Positions 1 through 9,555 are shown, counted from the stretch's first letter. The stretch is 64,000 nt of DNA from Trueperaceae bacterium (GCA_965215565.1 CBDCDZ010000004.1:2432001-2496000); one strand, 5' to 3'. Translations and numbers: made by a program. The notes: a model not told the origin generated them from the sequence alone.

Positions 1-157
1 TATTTTCATCAGCGTACGTGAGCCGCGCTTGGCTCAGCCGTACAAAATCTTGCAGCCTATGGGATAGGAGAGGGAATGAGGCATTTGTCACAGGTTTGTT
101 ACCTGGCAGCGCCCTATCTCTCACCTAAAAGGTCTATCTTGTTTGCAGGAGGACACC

Positions 158-784
158 ATGAAATTAGGCATCATCGGCGCGGGCAACATCGGCGCAACCT
201 TGGCGGGGCTTTTTGCGAAGGCGGGTCACGAGGTAGCGCTAAGTAACTCTCGAGGTCCCGAAACCCTACAAGATTTAGTCTCAGACCTGAATAAAAACGC
301 CAAAGGTGAGGTGCAAGCGGTGACGGCTGAGGACGCGGCGGCGTTCGGCGACATCGTCATCGAAGCGATTCCTTTTGGGCACTACGAAGACTTACCGAAA
401 GACGAACTCGCAAGCAAAACCCTCATCAGCGCCTCGAACTACTATCCAAGGCGCGACGGCGAGATGGATTTTGGCGGGCATACCCAAACCGGGCTCGTCG
501 CGGCGTATTTATCCGATACAACTGTGGTTAAGGCGTTTAACACCATCTACTGGGAGCATCTGCGCGACCAGGGCGACACCTCTAAACCTACGAACGAACG
601 GCGCGTCATCTTTTTAGCAGGGGACAACGAGGCGGCAAAGCGAGAGGTTGCCAACCTCACCGAAGAAATAGGTTTCGGTCCATTTGATACGGGCGCGTTG
701 AGTGGGAGCGGCGTGCAAGAACCGGGCGCAGATATTTACAATAACGATATGACGGTGGCGGAGGCGAGGGAGAGGCTCGAGTAG
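158..784 (+). CDS. NADPH-dependent F420 reductase / NADP oxidoreductase family protein
   Basis: Rossmann GIIGAGNIG, SNSRGPE and VVKAFNTI motifs; start moved to ATG 158 behind SD AGGAGG. Confidence 0.85.
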   Translation: MKLGIIGAGNIGATLAGLFAKAGHEVALSNSRGPETLQDLVSDLNKNAKGEVQAVTAEDAAAFGDIVIEAIPFGHYEDLPKDELASKTLISASNYYPRRDGEMDFGGHTQTGLVAAYLSDTTVVKAFNTIYWEHLRDQGDTSKPTNERRVIFLAGDNEAAKREVANLTEEIGFGPFDTGALSGSGVQEPGADIYNNDMTVAEARERLE

Positions 785-797
785 AACCTGAGAGATT

Positions 798-922
798 GGC
801 AGTGACGCTATCTGGAATGACGTTGATGTCAAAGCAAGGGGTTGAAACCCCTTGTTCATCCCCTGTTCAGTATGCAGAGGTAGCAGGGAGCACATGGCAG
901 CGTTCGACTTAGAGCCACTACC
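798..922 (+). mobile_element. IS1-like MITE, degenerate copy, with internal REP-like hairpin CAAGGGGTTGAAACCCCTTG
   Basis: Aligns end to end with the reverse complement of 40782-40897; ends GGCAGTGA...CCACTACC; no clean target duplication. Confidence 0.75.
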
Positions 923-1042
923 CTGAGAGGCCACGCCACGTAGAGGTCTACGTAGCTACGCCACGTAAGCGTGCTTGCAGACGCGCAGCGTGTCTTTAGA
1001 AAATGCTTGAAGTAATCTGCTATCATTCCGCAACGAATTTGA

Positions 1043-1153
1043 CAGCAGTTCCACTTATCGTTGCTACACTTCTCCGCAGATATCATCCCCGAAAGTGCGT
1101 GCTAGACAACGTTCTTTTGAGTGAGAGTGTAGCTGACCAGATAATACCTGCTA
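1043..1153 (+). mobile_element. TAGCAG/CTGCTA miniature repeat element, copy 1
   Basis: CAGCAGTTCCAC...GCAGATATCATC...GTGCGTGCTAG...GTGAGAGTGT...ACCAGATAATACCTGCTA; colinear with 40603-40713. Confidence 0.8.
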
Positions 1154-1175
1154 TAACAGCGTAGGAGGACAAAAG

Positions 1176-2840
1176 GTGGCGAGCAAACCCGTCATATTGA
1201 CCGTAGACGATGATCCCCAGGTACTAGGCGCGGTGGCCAGGGACCTGCGCCGCCGCTACAGCGACGACTACCGCGTCGTGCGCTCCGATTCGGGACAGGG
1301 CGCATTAGACGCCGTGCAGGAGTTCAAAACGCGCGGCACGCCCGTCGCGTTACTTTTGGCGGACCAGCGAATGCCGCAGATGGACGGCGTCGCTTTCCTA
1401 AGCGAAGCGATGAAGCTTTTCCCCGACGCCAAACGCGCCCTTCTGACCGCCTACGCTGACACCGACGCGGCGATTAACGCCATCAACCAGAGCAAGATTC
1501 ACCACTACCTCCTAAAACCGTGGGACCCGCCCGAGGAGAAGCTCTACCCGGTCTTAGACGACCTTTTAAGCGACTGGCAGGCGGGTTACCGTCCGCCCTT
1601 TACGGGCATCCGCATCGTGGGTGACAGGTGGTCGCCCGACGGACACACGCTCCGCGACTTCTTGGCGCGTAATCAGGTGCCGTACCGTTGGTTAGACGTC
1701 GAGACGGACGACGAGGCGAAGACGCTCGTCGAAGGCGAGCACATCGAACCAGAAAGACTCCCGCTCGTCATCTTCGAGGACGGAGAACGCTTAGAGAAGC
1801 CAACGCCCTTAGAACTCGCCCGCAAAGCCGGACTCAACACCGAAGCGGCGAATGAGTTCTACGACCTCATCATCGTGGGCGCGGGACCGGCAGGCTTGGC
1901 GTCGGGCGTGTACGGCGCATCCGAAGGGCTCAAAGTCGCTGTTTTGGACAGCGAAGCGCCGGGGGGTCAAGCGGGCACCTCGAGCCGCATCGAGAACTAT
2001 CTGGGCTTTCCCGTCGGGCTCTCAGGTAGCGACTTGGCGCGGCGCGGGGTGGCGCAAGCGCGCAAGTTTGGCGCGGAATTCATCACGCCGCAGCAGGTGG
2101 TCGAAGTCGGGCTGAAAGATAACTACAAGCTCGTTAAGCTAGACAGCGGAGCAGAGATTACCGCGCACGCGCTCGTTGTGGCGACGGGCGTGCAGTACCG
2201 CAAGCTGGACGCGCCCGGCATGGACGCGCTCACGGGCGCGGGCGTCTACTACGGTTCCTCGATTGCCGAAGCGGTCGCTTGTGAAGGTGAAGACGTCTAC
2301 ATTGTTGGCGCAGGCAACTCGGCGGGGCAAGCGGCGCTCTACTTGGCGGGCTTCGCGCGGAGTGTGACGCTCTTGGTGCGCGGGGGCGACTTGGAATCCA
2401 AAATGTCGAACTACCTCGTCACGCGCATCTACGACGCGGAGACGATTCACGTGTCGCTCAACACCGAAGTCGAGGCGGTACACGGTAGCTCGAGGCTAGA
2501 AGCGATCACGGTAAACTGCAACGGCAATAAGGTCAAGAAACCGACCTCCGCTCTATTCATCTTCATCGGCGCGTCACCCTCGACGGAGTGGCTGGGCGAC
2601 AAGGTCAAGCGCGACGCGAAAGGCTTCGTCTACACCGGACCCGACGTGATGGAAGAGGGCAAGCCGCCCGCAGATTGGCTCTTGGAGCGCGACCCCTTCC
2701 TCTTAGAGACGAACGTGCCGGGCATCTTCGCCTCGGGCGACGTGCGGCACGGCTCGGTCAAGCGCGTGGCGTCGGCGGTGGGGGAAGGCTCGATTGCAGT
2801 GCAGTTCATTCACCAATATTTGGCGGACGTGGGCGCATGA
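1176..2840 (+). CDS. Response regulator receiver domain fused to thioredoxin reductase-like FAD oxidoreductase
   Basis: N-terminal REC (VDDD, DQRMP, KPW), glutaredoxin-like linker, GAGPAG FAD motif, GGQAGTSSRIENYLGFP, GAGNSA NADPH motif; SD AGGAGG. Confidence 0.9.
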   Translation: MASKPVILTVDDDPQVLGAVARDLRRRYSDDYRVVRSDSGQGALDAVQEFKTRGTPVALLLADQRMPQMDGVAFLSEAMKLFPDAKRALLTAYADTDAAINAINQSKIHHYLLKPWDPPEEKLYPVLDDLLSDWQAGYRPPFTGIRIVGDRWSPDGHTLRDFLARNQVPYRWLDVETDDEAKTLVEGEHIEPERLPLVIFEDGERLEKPTPLELARKAGLNTEAANEFYDLIIVGAGPAGLASGVYGASEGLKVAVLDSEAPGGQAGTSSRIENYLGFPVGLSGSDLARRGVAQARKFGAEFITPQQVVEVGLKDNYKLVKLDSGAEITAHALVVATGVQYRKLDAPGMDALTGAGVYYGSSIAEAVACEGEDVYIVGAGNSAGQAALYLAGFARSVTLLVRGGDLESKMSNYLVTRIYDAETIHVSLNTEVEAVHGSSRLEAITVNCNGNKVKKPTSALFIFIGASPSTEWLGDKVKRDAKGFVYTGPDVMEEGKPPADWLLERDPFLLETNVPGIFASGDVRHGSVKRVASAVGEGSIAVQFIHQYLADVGA

Positions 2841-4231
2841 TGGACGTTAAAGCTTTAGAGGTCATTGCGGACTTTCAGGACGTGCCGTATGGGGAACTCG
2901 AGTGGCTCGCTTCAAATTCAGGAGTGCGTCATTTAGATGTAGGCGAACGCTTCTACACCCAGGGCGACCCGGCAGACGCTTTGCACCTCATCCTCTCGGG
3001 CAGCCTTCAACTTGTGCGGCGCGAGGCGGGACAAGAGGTCAACTCGTTCCTGGCGGAGCCCGGCGAAATCAGTGGCGTTTTGCCCTTTTCACGCATGAAG
3101 AACTACGGCGCGTCGGCGGTGGCGCTGCGCGAAACCGAGGTGGCAGAACTCAAGGCGAAACACTTCCCCGAGTTGCATAAGTGCGCCCCCGTCCTCTTAG
3201 AGACGCTCGTTCACGAGATGCTCGACCGCACCCAGGAGTACACCCGCGTCGGGGCGCAGCGCGAGAAGCTCATATCTTTGGGCACGATGTCGGCGGGGCT
3301 GGCGCACGAACTCAACAACCCCGCCTCGGCCGCCAAACGCGCCGCGCAGAATCTGCGCGAGACGCTGCAAGCCTTCGACGAGCACTCCTCGCAGATGCTG
3401 AGCCCAGTCATCTTTCAGAACTACGAGGGCGGCGACCCCTTCGCGCCGCTCTACGACGAGATGACCTTGGACGGCGACACGCTGAGCGCTTTGGAACGGA
3501 GCGACTTGGAAGATGAACTAGGCGACTGGTTGGACGAGCAGGGTGTCGAGCATCCTTGGGAGGTCGCGGCGACGCTCGTGACGGGCGGGCTCTCCAAAGA
3601 ACCAATGGTGGCGGTGGCAAACGCCCTAAAACCCGAACAGGTGCAAAACTTCCTCGAGTGGGCTCCCAAAGGCGTCGAGATGCGCCTCTTAGCGCAAGAA
3701 CTCATCGAGAGCACCGCGCGCATCTCTGACTTAGTCGGCGCGATGAAAGCGTATACGTACATGGACCAGGGGCTGGAAAAGCAAGAGGTGGACCTCAAAG
3801 AGGGCATCGTCAACACGCTCATCATCTTGAAGCACAAACTCAAAAAGAAGGACGTCACCGTCGAGAAACATTTCGCCGATCTGCCTAAAGTTCCCGCCTA
3901 CGGCAGCGAACTCAATCAGGTCTGGACGAACCTCTTGTCCAACGCCATCGACGCGGTGGATGAGGGCGGCACCATCCAGATTCAGACCACGCTTGATGCC
4001 TCCGCCGAGGTCGCCTGCGTAGACATTATCGACGACGGAAGCGGCGTACCCAAAGAGATTCAAGGACGCATCTTCGAGCCGTTTTTTACTACCAAAGGTG
4101 TCGGTGAGGGGACGGGGATGGGTTTGGATATCGCGAATAGAATCGTACGGCAGCGGCACCGGGGGACGTTGCAGTTGGAGTCGCGCCCTGGACGCACGAG
4201 GTCTCGGGTGCGGTTGCCGCTTGACGCATAA
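2837..4231 (+). CDS. cNMP-binding-domain sensor histidine kinase
   Basis: ATGA overlap with upstream stop; N-terminal cNMP domain, H-box AHELNNP, N-box NQVWTNLLSNA, DDGSG, FFTTK-GTGMGL. Confidence 0.9.
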   Translation: MMDVKALEVIADFQDVPYGELEWLASNSGVRHLDVGERFYTQGDPADALHLILSGSLQLVRREAGQEVNSFLAEPGEISGVLPFSRMKNYGASAVALRETEVAELKAKHFPELHKCAPVLLETLVHEMLDRTQEYTRVGAQREKLISLGTMSAGLAHELNNPASAAKRAAQNLRETLQAFDEHSSQMLSPVIFQNYEGGDPFAPLYDEMTLDGDTLSALERSDLEDELGDWLDEQGVEHPWEVAATLVTGGLSKEPMVAVANALKPEQVQNFLEWAPKGVEMRLLAQELIESTARISDLVGAMKAYTYMDQGLEKQEVDLKEGIVNTLIILKHKLKKKDVTVEKHFADLPKVPAYGSELNQVWTNLLSNAIDAVDEGGTIQIQTTLDASAEVACVDIIDDGSGVPKEIQGRIFEPFFTTKGVGEGTGMGLDIANRIVRQRHRGTLQLESRPGRTRSRVRLPLDA

Positions 4232-4366
4232 TCAAAAAGGTTGATAAAGGCTGATGGGAAGTACCTGCGAAAAGTAGCCGAAGTCTTTGTCCGTAGTCAG
4301 AATGTCGCAGCCATAACTTACCGCCGCCGCGCAGATAAGAAAGTCCGTGTCAACAATGACCCTCAT
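4232..4366 (-). pseudogene. VapC (PIN) toxin remnant with large in-frame internal deletion
   Basis: Manual translation MRVIVDTDFLICAAAVSYGCDILTTDKDFGYFSQVLPISLYQPF*: PIN N-terminal motif joined directly to PIN C-terminal motifs; ATGA overlap with the antitoxin stop. Confidence 0.8.
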
Positions 4367-4563
4367 TCCCGCTTGCGTTGCGCCTTGTAGTCGTAGTCCT
4401 CTTCATAGTCAATCGTTCCAAAGAGGTCTAGGACTTGAAGCTGCTTGCGCCGCATGACGTATTCTTGCAACGCTTCTTCGACGGCGGCGCGTTTGGTACG
4501 GTGTCCGCCTAGCTCGAGGGCCTCTTGCATGAGACGCTCGTCAATTTGCAGGTTCGTTGTCAT
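4363..4563 (-). CDS. Type II TA antitoxin, VapB family (RHH-like)
   Basis: MTTNLQIDERLMQEALELGGHRTKRAAVEEAL...LFGTIDY is a typical VapB pattern; coupled to the VapC remnant. Confidence 0.85.
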   Translation of the reverse strand: MTTNLQIDERLMQEALELGGHRTKRAAVEEALQEYVMRRKQLQVLDLFGTIDYEEDYDYKAQRKRE

Positions 4564-4626
4564 GTACATAGCCTTGCATAACGGTTTGCACAATTCAAGC
4601 CAAGTGTGTGCGTTACTTGGGAAGAT

Positions 4627-5166
4627 TCAGGAGGTTGGTTCAACGATGACGTAGTCTAGCTCGAGCGCAGCCTCCGCGAACATGTCTTTTAACGTTTCGC
4701 TCAAATCTTTCCGGCTGAAGAGGGAGAGCGTCACAGAATCGTGATATGGGAGCGGTCCGCCGATGAGCGAATAGAGTTCCGTCTCTATGTGCAAAATGAC
4801 CTCTTCGCCCTGCTCGAGCCTGAACCTCGCTGGAAAATCGGCGTCCTTCTGCTGCGCTTCTTCGGATGAAAGAGGTCGCCAGGGTTTTTCGGAACACTTC
4901 ACGTCTCGTGACCATGTAAAGATAAACCCTATCTCTCGGCGTTCCCAATGCTCCTCGACGATGTTAGGTGCGCCCAGCGTAGACGCGACTTTGGGAAAGG
5001 CTCGAGCACACAAGTCCCAAGGATCAACCTGACCACCGTCTTCCTCCAACCAGGTGAGCACGGCGAAACGGTAGGGATATCCCGGAGGAGGGGTCGGGCT
5101 GTAAGCGTCCATCCCCTTCAAAAAAGCGACGCACCCCGTGACCATCAGTTTACCCGCCAGCAACAT
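4627..5166 (-). CDS. Hypothetical protein
   Basis: 179-aa ORF with protein-like composition; no family recognised; start uncertain. Confidence 0.55.
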   Translation of the reverse strand: MLLAGKLMVTGCVAFLKGMDAYSPTPPPGYPYRFAVLTWLEEDGGQVDPWDLCARAFPKVASTLGAPNIVEEHWERREIGFIFTWSRDVKCSEKPWRPLSSEEAQQKDADFPARFRLEQGEEVILHIETELYSLIGGPLPYHDSVTLSLFSRKDLSETLKDMFAEAALELDYVIVEPTS

Positions 5167-5221
5167 CCGCGCTCAGGTGTGGCGTCTTTTTGGATTCGGC
5201 TGCAACCTTTCTTTACCGCGC

Positions 5222-5473
5222 TCATCGTCTGCGTCCGCGCACGACGTAGTAAAGCCCGTTGGCGAGGAGCCAGAGCGCCCCCGCTGCGGTGATGAGTAGC
5301 CCGATATTTACTATTCTCGAGGCGATAGTGAGTTGAGCGTTGTACTCAGCCTGCACCGCGGGCGTCGGGTCTTGATAGGGAACGCTCACGAACATAGCGA
5401 AGTATAGAAGGGCAGCGAAGAGCGTGATGAAGCCCAACACTAAAGGCGCAGTTGCTAGGAGCCATTTTTTCAC
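5222..5473 (-). CDS. Small two-TM membrane protein
   Basis: Two hydrophobic segments flanking a VPYQDPTP loop. Confidence 0.65.
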   Translation of the reverse strand: MKKWLLATAPLVLGFITLFAALLYFAMFVSVPYQDPTPAVQAEYNAQLTIASRIVNIGLLITAAGALWLLANGLYYVVRGRRR

Positions 5474-5526
5474 GGAATACTCACCAATTTATCTGCATGA
5501 GATAGACAGACGCTTCGCGGTTTATA

Positions 5527-6009
5527 TCATGAGGCACTGTCAGCCTTAAACTTATCCTTGAATCGCCCAAGTTTACGGTCCCACATCAACTCATTAGACA
5601 ATGGCCCAGTTACAACTCGCGTACAACTTTTTGATCTAGCAGATGAAACTAATTCTGGTCCAGATTCCATTGGCTTGTACTCTGGCTGCGTTAGCCAAGA
5701 GATAGTTTCTATCCCTGTTTCAGGATCAGTAGTGGTTGTTAGGTCACTCACTTGTTCTGCAAATAGAAAAGGATTATGTCCACAACGAATACGGTTGTTG
5801 AAATCTATTTTAGCCCGGTACGGTACATTGTTCCGATTTTTAGCATATGCTGCTAATTCTTCAATGTTTGCTCTACTCTGAGCGTATAAAAATTCGACTA
5901 TTTCAGCAACATATTGAGGTGATTTACGTACGCTTAGTATTCCAGCAATTCTGTCAGCAACCGCTGCCGCGTCTCCCGTCCAATCCCACGTAATCAACCA
6001 AGCTTTCAT
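5527..6009 (-). CDS. Hypothetical protein, AT-rich
   Basis: 160-aa ORF with ATG and SD-like AAGGGG; markedly lower GC than its neighbours. Confidence 0.65.
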   Translation of the reverse strand: MKAWLITWDWTGDAAAVADRIAGILSVRKSPQYVAEIVEFLYAQSRANIEELAAYAKNRNNVPYRAKIDFNNRIRCGHNPFLFAEQVSDLTTTTDPETGIETISWLTQPEYKPMESGPELVSSARSKSCTRVVTGPLSNELMWDRKLGRFKDKFKADSAS

Positions 6010-6057
6010 GATCTATCCCTTCGACTCATCATAGTAATAGTAAAAGCCTACTTCAAG

Positions 6058-6822
6058 CTAAAAAAGCGGACTACTCGAGGCCACCTCCTCCGCCGCCTCC
6101 ACCTTATCGAGCCGAAAGGTCAAGACCTTCTGGCGCAGATGGCAAAAGCCCCTGATATACGCGCCGTCAAACTTATTCACGTCTACCAGACGCTCCTTGC
6201 CGCCGTAGACCATGCGCACGCTGCTGCGGTTCAGCGCGGCGTGCTTGAACACGGCTCCAAAGGGGCTCTCTGCGAAGCTCATGGGGACGGGGGCGCGGCG
6301 CGGACCTTTTTGGTAGAGGAGTTGCCCGTTCGCTTTGGCGTATTCGTAGAGGTCGCGGGTGAGTTTGACGTCCTCCAAGCAGTAGCGCTCGAGCCGCGCC
6401 CAGTCGCCGTCGCGGTAATACTCTAAAGCGTCTAAGCCGGAGCCGAGTTTGCCCGAACCTAGCGTCGCTTGCGCCAGAGAATCTAAAGAGATGCGGCGTC
6501 CCAGCGCCTTTTGCGCCTCCACCATGAGGTCTAAGGTCGGCAGGTCGTAGACCCAGTCGCCTAGCTCGGACGCGAGCACGGGCCAGTCGAAGCCGATGAG
6601 GTTGAAGCCGACGATCTGCTCCGCCTCTCTAAGCACCTCTTCCAGTTCTCCAAAGCGGTCTTCGCGGTAGGCGGCGAAGCGGTCGCCTTCGTAGAAGTAG
6701 ACGCCGACGACGCTCACGCCGAGCTTCGCTTTGTTGTGCGCGCCGCCCACCTCGTCGAAGGAGCGTTTCGTTTCCAAGTCCAAGACGAGTCGTTTCACCG
6801 GGTCATTCACTGGGTGACTCAC
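6058..6822 (-). CDS. RNase H-like DEDD 3'-5' exonuclease (YprB-like) with C-terminal WYL domain
   Basis: LDLETK, GFNLIGFD, YCLEDV exonuclease motifs; C-terminal YIRGFCHLRQKVLTFRLDKV WYL signature; GTG start overlapping suhB stop. Confidence 0.8.
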   Translation of the reverse strand: MSHPVNDPVKRLVLDLETKRSFDEVGGAHNKAKLGVSVVGVYFYEGDRFAAYREDRFGELEEVLREAEQIVGFNLIGFDWPVLASELGDWVYDLPTLDLMVEAQKALGRRISLDSLAQATLGSGKLGSGLDALEYYRDGDWARLERYCLEDVKLTRDLYEYAKANGQLLYQKGPRRAPVPMSFAESPFGAVFKHAALNRSSVRMVYGGKERLVDVNKFDGAYIRGFCHLRQKVLTFRLDKVEAAEEVASSSPLF

Positions 6823-7613
6823 TGCGTTACCTTGCCTAGCTCGAGCCCCTCTAAGAGCACTTCGTGTAAAACGCCGTTCGAGGAGACGAGCACCTTGTCT
6901 TCGACGTTGTAGGGCTCGCCGGCGGGTCCCGTGACGCGCCCACCTGCCTCTTGAATAATCAGCACGCCCGCCGCCACGTCCCAGGCGTTGAGCTTGAGTT
7001 CCCAGAAGCCGTCGAGCCGCCCGCACGCGACGTAGCAGAGGTCTAAGGCGGCGGCTCCAGGGCGGCGAACCGCGCGGCAGCGGTGCATCATGCGGGCGAA
7101 GACTTCGATGTTGTCTGAAGCGGTGTCGGGGTTGTAGGGGAAGCCCGTGGCGAGCATGGCGCTTCTGAGGACGGTTTCGCTCGAGACCCCAATCGGCATC
7201 CCGTTCAGCGTCGCGCCCTCACCCTTGACCGCCGTGAAGAGTTCGTTTCGGAACGAGTCGAGCACCACGCCCACCTGGAGTTCGCCCTCAATCTCCAAGC
7301 CGATGGAGACGCAGTAGAAGGGGAAACCGTGGGCGTAGTTCAGCGTGCCGTCTAAGGGGTCCACGATCCAGCGGTGGCTCGCCTCCTCACCGGATGCACT
7401 ACCCTGGCCTTCCTCTTCGCCTAAAACGGCGTGGTCTGGGTACGCGCTCAGCAAAATCTCGCGTATCTTCGCCTCGCTCTCCTTGTCCACGCGGGTGACG
7501 AGGTCGGTTTCGGTCGTTTTGGTCTGAATGCCCAAGTCTCCACCGACGTTACGCTGATGAATCTTGGCGGCGGCTTGGGCGGCGCGGAGGGCGGTGCGGA
7601 GGTAGTCGTTCAT
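6819..7613 (-). CDS. suhB: Inositol monophosphatase family protein
   Basis: DLVT, GEE, WIVDPLDGTLNY, WDVAAG motifs; start ATG 7613. Confidence 0.9.
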   Translation of the reverse strand: MNDYLRTALRAAQAAAKIHQRNVGGDLGIQTKTTETDLVTRVDKESEAKIREILLSAYPDHAVLGEEEGQGSASGEEASHRWIVDPLDGTLNYAHGFPFYCVSIGLEIEGELQVGVVLDSFRNELFTAVKGEGATLNGMPIGVSSETVLRSAMLATGFPYNPDTASDNIEVFARMMHRCRAVRRPGAAALDLCYVACGRLDGFWELKLNAWDVAAGVLIIQEAGGRVTGPAGEPYNVEDKVLVSSNGVLHEVLLEGLELGKVTQ

Positions 7614-7699
7614 AGCTCCACTATACGCGCCACGCAACTCCACAAATCGGTCTTCTAGCAAAGTCGCTGCTCGGTAGCGTAAGGTAAGCTCGTACCAGC

Positions 7700-8206
7700 G
7701 TGAAGTCACAGCAGCCCTCATCCGAACGTCAGCGCACTTTACGGCGGCGCTTGAGTTTGCGCGGCGAATTCACGCTGGCGCTGCTGCCTACCGCGACGGT
7801 ATTGGCGGTGTTCGCTTTTGTCGAGGCGGTGAGCGAACAGCGGCTGCTCTTCGCGTCGCTGGCGTCCAGCGCCTTTCTCATCTACCTGGACCCGCAGCAC
7901 GGTATGAACCGCACGCGCACCTTGCTCACCGCGCAGCTTGCGGCGGTGAGTTTGGGGTTTCTCATGGACGTGCTGTTCGGGGAAGGCTATCTCGCGGGCG
8001 GTCTAGCGATGGTGAGTACGATCACCCTGATGATCCTCCTAGACGCCATGCACCCACCCGCCATCTCGACCTCGCTCTCGTTCGCCTTTCGCACGGCGGG
8101 AATCAACAACGTGCTTCTGTTCGCGCTCGCACTCGGGGTGACGGTGATGCTGCTGGGGCTCGAGCGCTCCGCCGTGTGGCTCTTAGCGCGGCAAGAGGAT
8201 ACGTGA
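7700..8206 (+). CDS. HPP family membrane protein
   Basis: Hydrophobic; LFASLASSA and MHPPA motifs. Confidence 0.85.
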   Translation: MKSQQPSSERQRTLRRRLSLRGEFTLALLPTATVLAVFAFVEAVSEQRLLFASLASSAFLIYLDPQHGMNRTRTLLTAQLAAVSLGFLMDVLFGEGYLAGGLAMVSTITLMILLDAMHPPAISTSLSFAFRTAGINNVLLFALALGVTVMLLGLERSAVWLLARQEDT

Positions 8207-8234
8207 TAAAAGAGGGAATAATTAGGGGGTAGAG

Positions 8235-8762
8235 ATGGCACCAGAACGAAATACGTCGGACGCGAGGGAGCAAGCGGACGGACCCGGACGCTCTAACGAG
8301 TCCTGGGCGAGCTTTTTGCTGCCCACCGCGCTGATCTTCGGCTTCGTCTTGCTGCTCAATTTGAGCGCGGAGGGCGTAGGCGAGGTGGCGGAAACGAGCC
8401 CTTTGGAACACTGGCTCGAGCTAGTCGTCGACTACCTCGCCTTCGGCGCGGAGATTGCGGCGGCGCTCGTGATCGGCGTGGCGGTGGTGCAGGGCATCTT
8501 TCGGTATCTGAGAAACCTCTTCGCGCCCTCCGTAGATACCGCCGAAGCGACGGAGAACATCCGGCTCAAGTTGGGTCAGGTGCTGGCGTTGGGGTTAGAA
8601 TTCACCGTCGCCAGCGACATCTTGCGCACCGCCGTTGCGCCGACGCGCGAAGATATCTTGATCCTTGGCGCGGTCGTCCTTTTGCGCACGCTGCTCAACT
8701 ACTTCTTGGACCGTGAAATCCGCGAGGAACGTGCGAAGCTGAAAGCTGAGGAGCGCGCGTGA
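8235..8762 (+). CDS. DUF1622 family membrane protein
   Basis: RLKLGQVLALGLEFTVASDILRT...RTLLNYFLDRE signature. Confidence 0.85.
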   Translation: MAPERNTSDAREQADGPGRSNESWASFLLPTALIFGFVLLLNLSAEGVGEVAETSPLEHWLELVVDYLAFGAEIAAALVIGVAVVQGIFRYLRNLFAPSVDTAEATENIRLKLGQVLALGLEFTVASDILRTAVAPTREDILILGAVVLLRTLLNYFLDREIREERAKLKAEERA

Positions 8763-8820
8763 CGCCAGCTTGGACGGGCACTGGCAGAGGTATTGGCAGT
8801 ATTGGTAGTGGTGTAGCGTC

Positions 8821-9555
8821 GTGAGCGACGCCCAGCCTATATTCCCGCCAGCCGACCCGCACGCTGAGCTTAAAGCGCGACTTTTAGAGGTGCACGCGAG
8901 GCTCGGTAAGCACTACGGCGCGCCCTTCCCCTTCTTCCGTGACGCAGACCCGCTAAGCGAACTCGTCGGCTCCATGCTCTCGCACCGCACGCGCAACGAG
9001 GACTCGGGGCGGGCATTCGACAATCTTAGGAACACCTTTCCGACTTGGGAAGCGGTGCGGGACGCGCCTACGCGGGAGGTGCAAGAGGCGATCTCGGCGG
9101 CGACCTGGTCCGAGCAGAAAGCGCCGCGCATCCAAGAAGCGCTGCGCACGGTTACGAAGAGGTGCGGGGCGCTGTCCTTGGAGTTCCTAGCCGAGATGGA
9201 GCCTCGCGCCGCGCAAGATTGGCTGGAATCGCTCAACGGCGTCGGTCCTAAGACGAGCGCCGCCGTGCTGCTCTTCAGTCGCCTGAGGATGCCCGCGCTG
9301 CCCGTGGACTCGCACCATCACCGCGTGGCGCAGCGCTTGGGCTTCATTCCCCGGAGCGTCGGTCCCGGTCCCGCGCACGCCCGGCTGCGCGCGCTCCTAC
9401 CTGAGGGTTGGCCTGCGCAGACGCTCTACGACCACCACGAGGCGCTGATGTTTCACGGGCAGAAATGCTGCTTCTACCGCCACCCTACCTGCGGGCGATG
9501 CGTCGTCCTATCCCTCTGCCCTTACGGAGCGCGTGGGGGCGCTCATGACCCCTGA
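8821..9555 (+). CDS. Endonuclease III-like HhH-GPD DNA glycosylase with Fe-S cluster
   Basis: LNGVGPKTS HhH motif, PVDSH, C-terminal C-x6-C-x2-C-x5-C. Confidence 0.9.
   Translation: MSDAQPIFPPADPHAELKARLLEVHARLGKHYGAPFPFFRDADPLSELVGSMLSHRTRNEDSGRAFDNLRNTFPTWEAVRDAPTREVQEAISAATWSEQKAPRIQEALRTVTKRCGALSLEFLAEMEPRAAQDWLESLNGVGPKTSAAVLLFSRLRMPALPVDSHHHRVAQRLGFIPRSVGPGPAHARLRALLPEGWPAQTLYDHHEALMFHGQKCCFYRHPTCGRCVVLSLCPYGARGGAHDP

Noticed and set aside
2588..2836. Long N-terminal extensions on ORF calls (also 6823-7026, 18831-19022, 25308-25454, 60439-60504)
   Set aside because: They overlap upstream genes, terminators or repeat elements; coupled or better-supported starts lie downstream.
4232..6050. 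Integron cassette array
   Set aside because: No attC-like repeated sites and no integrase seen.
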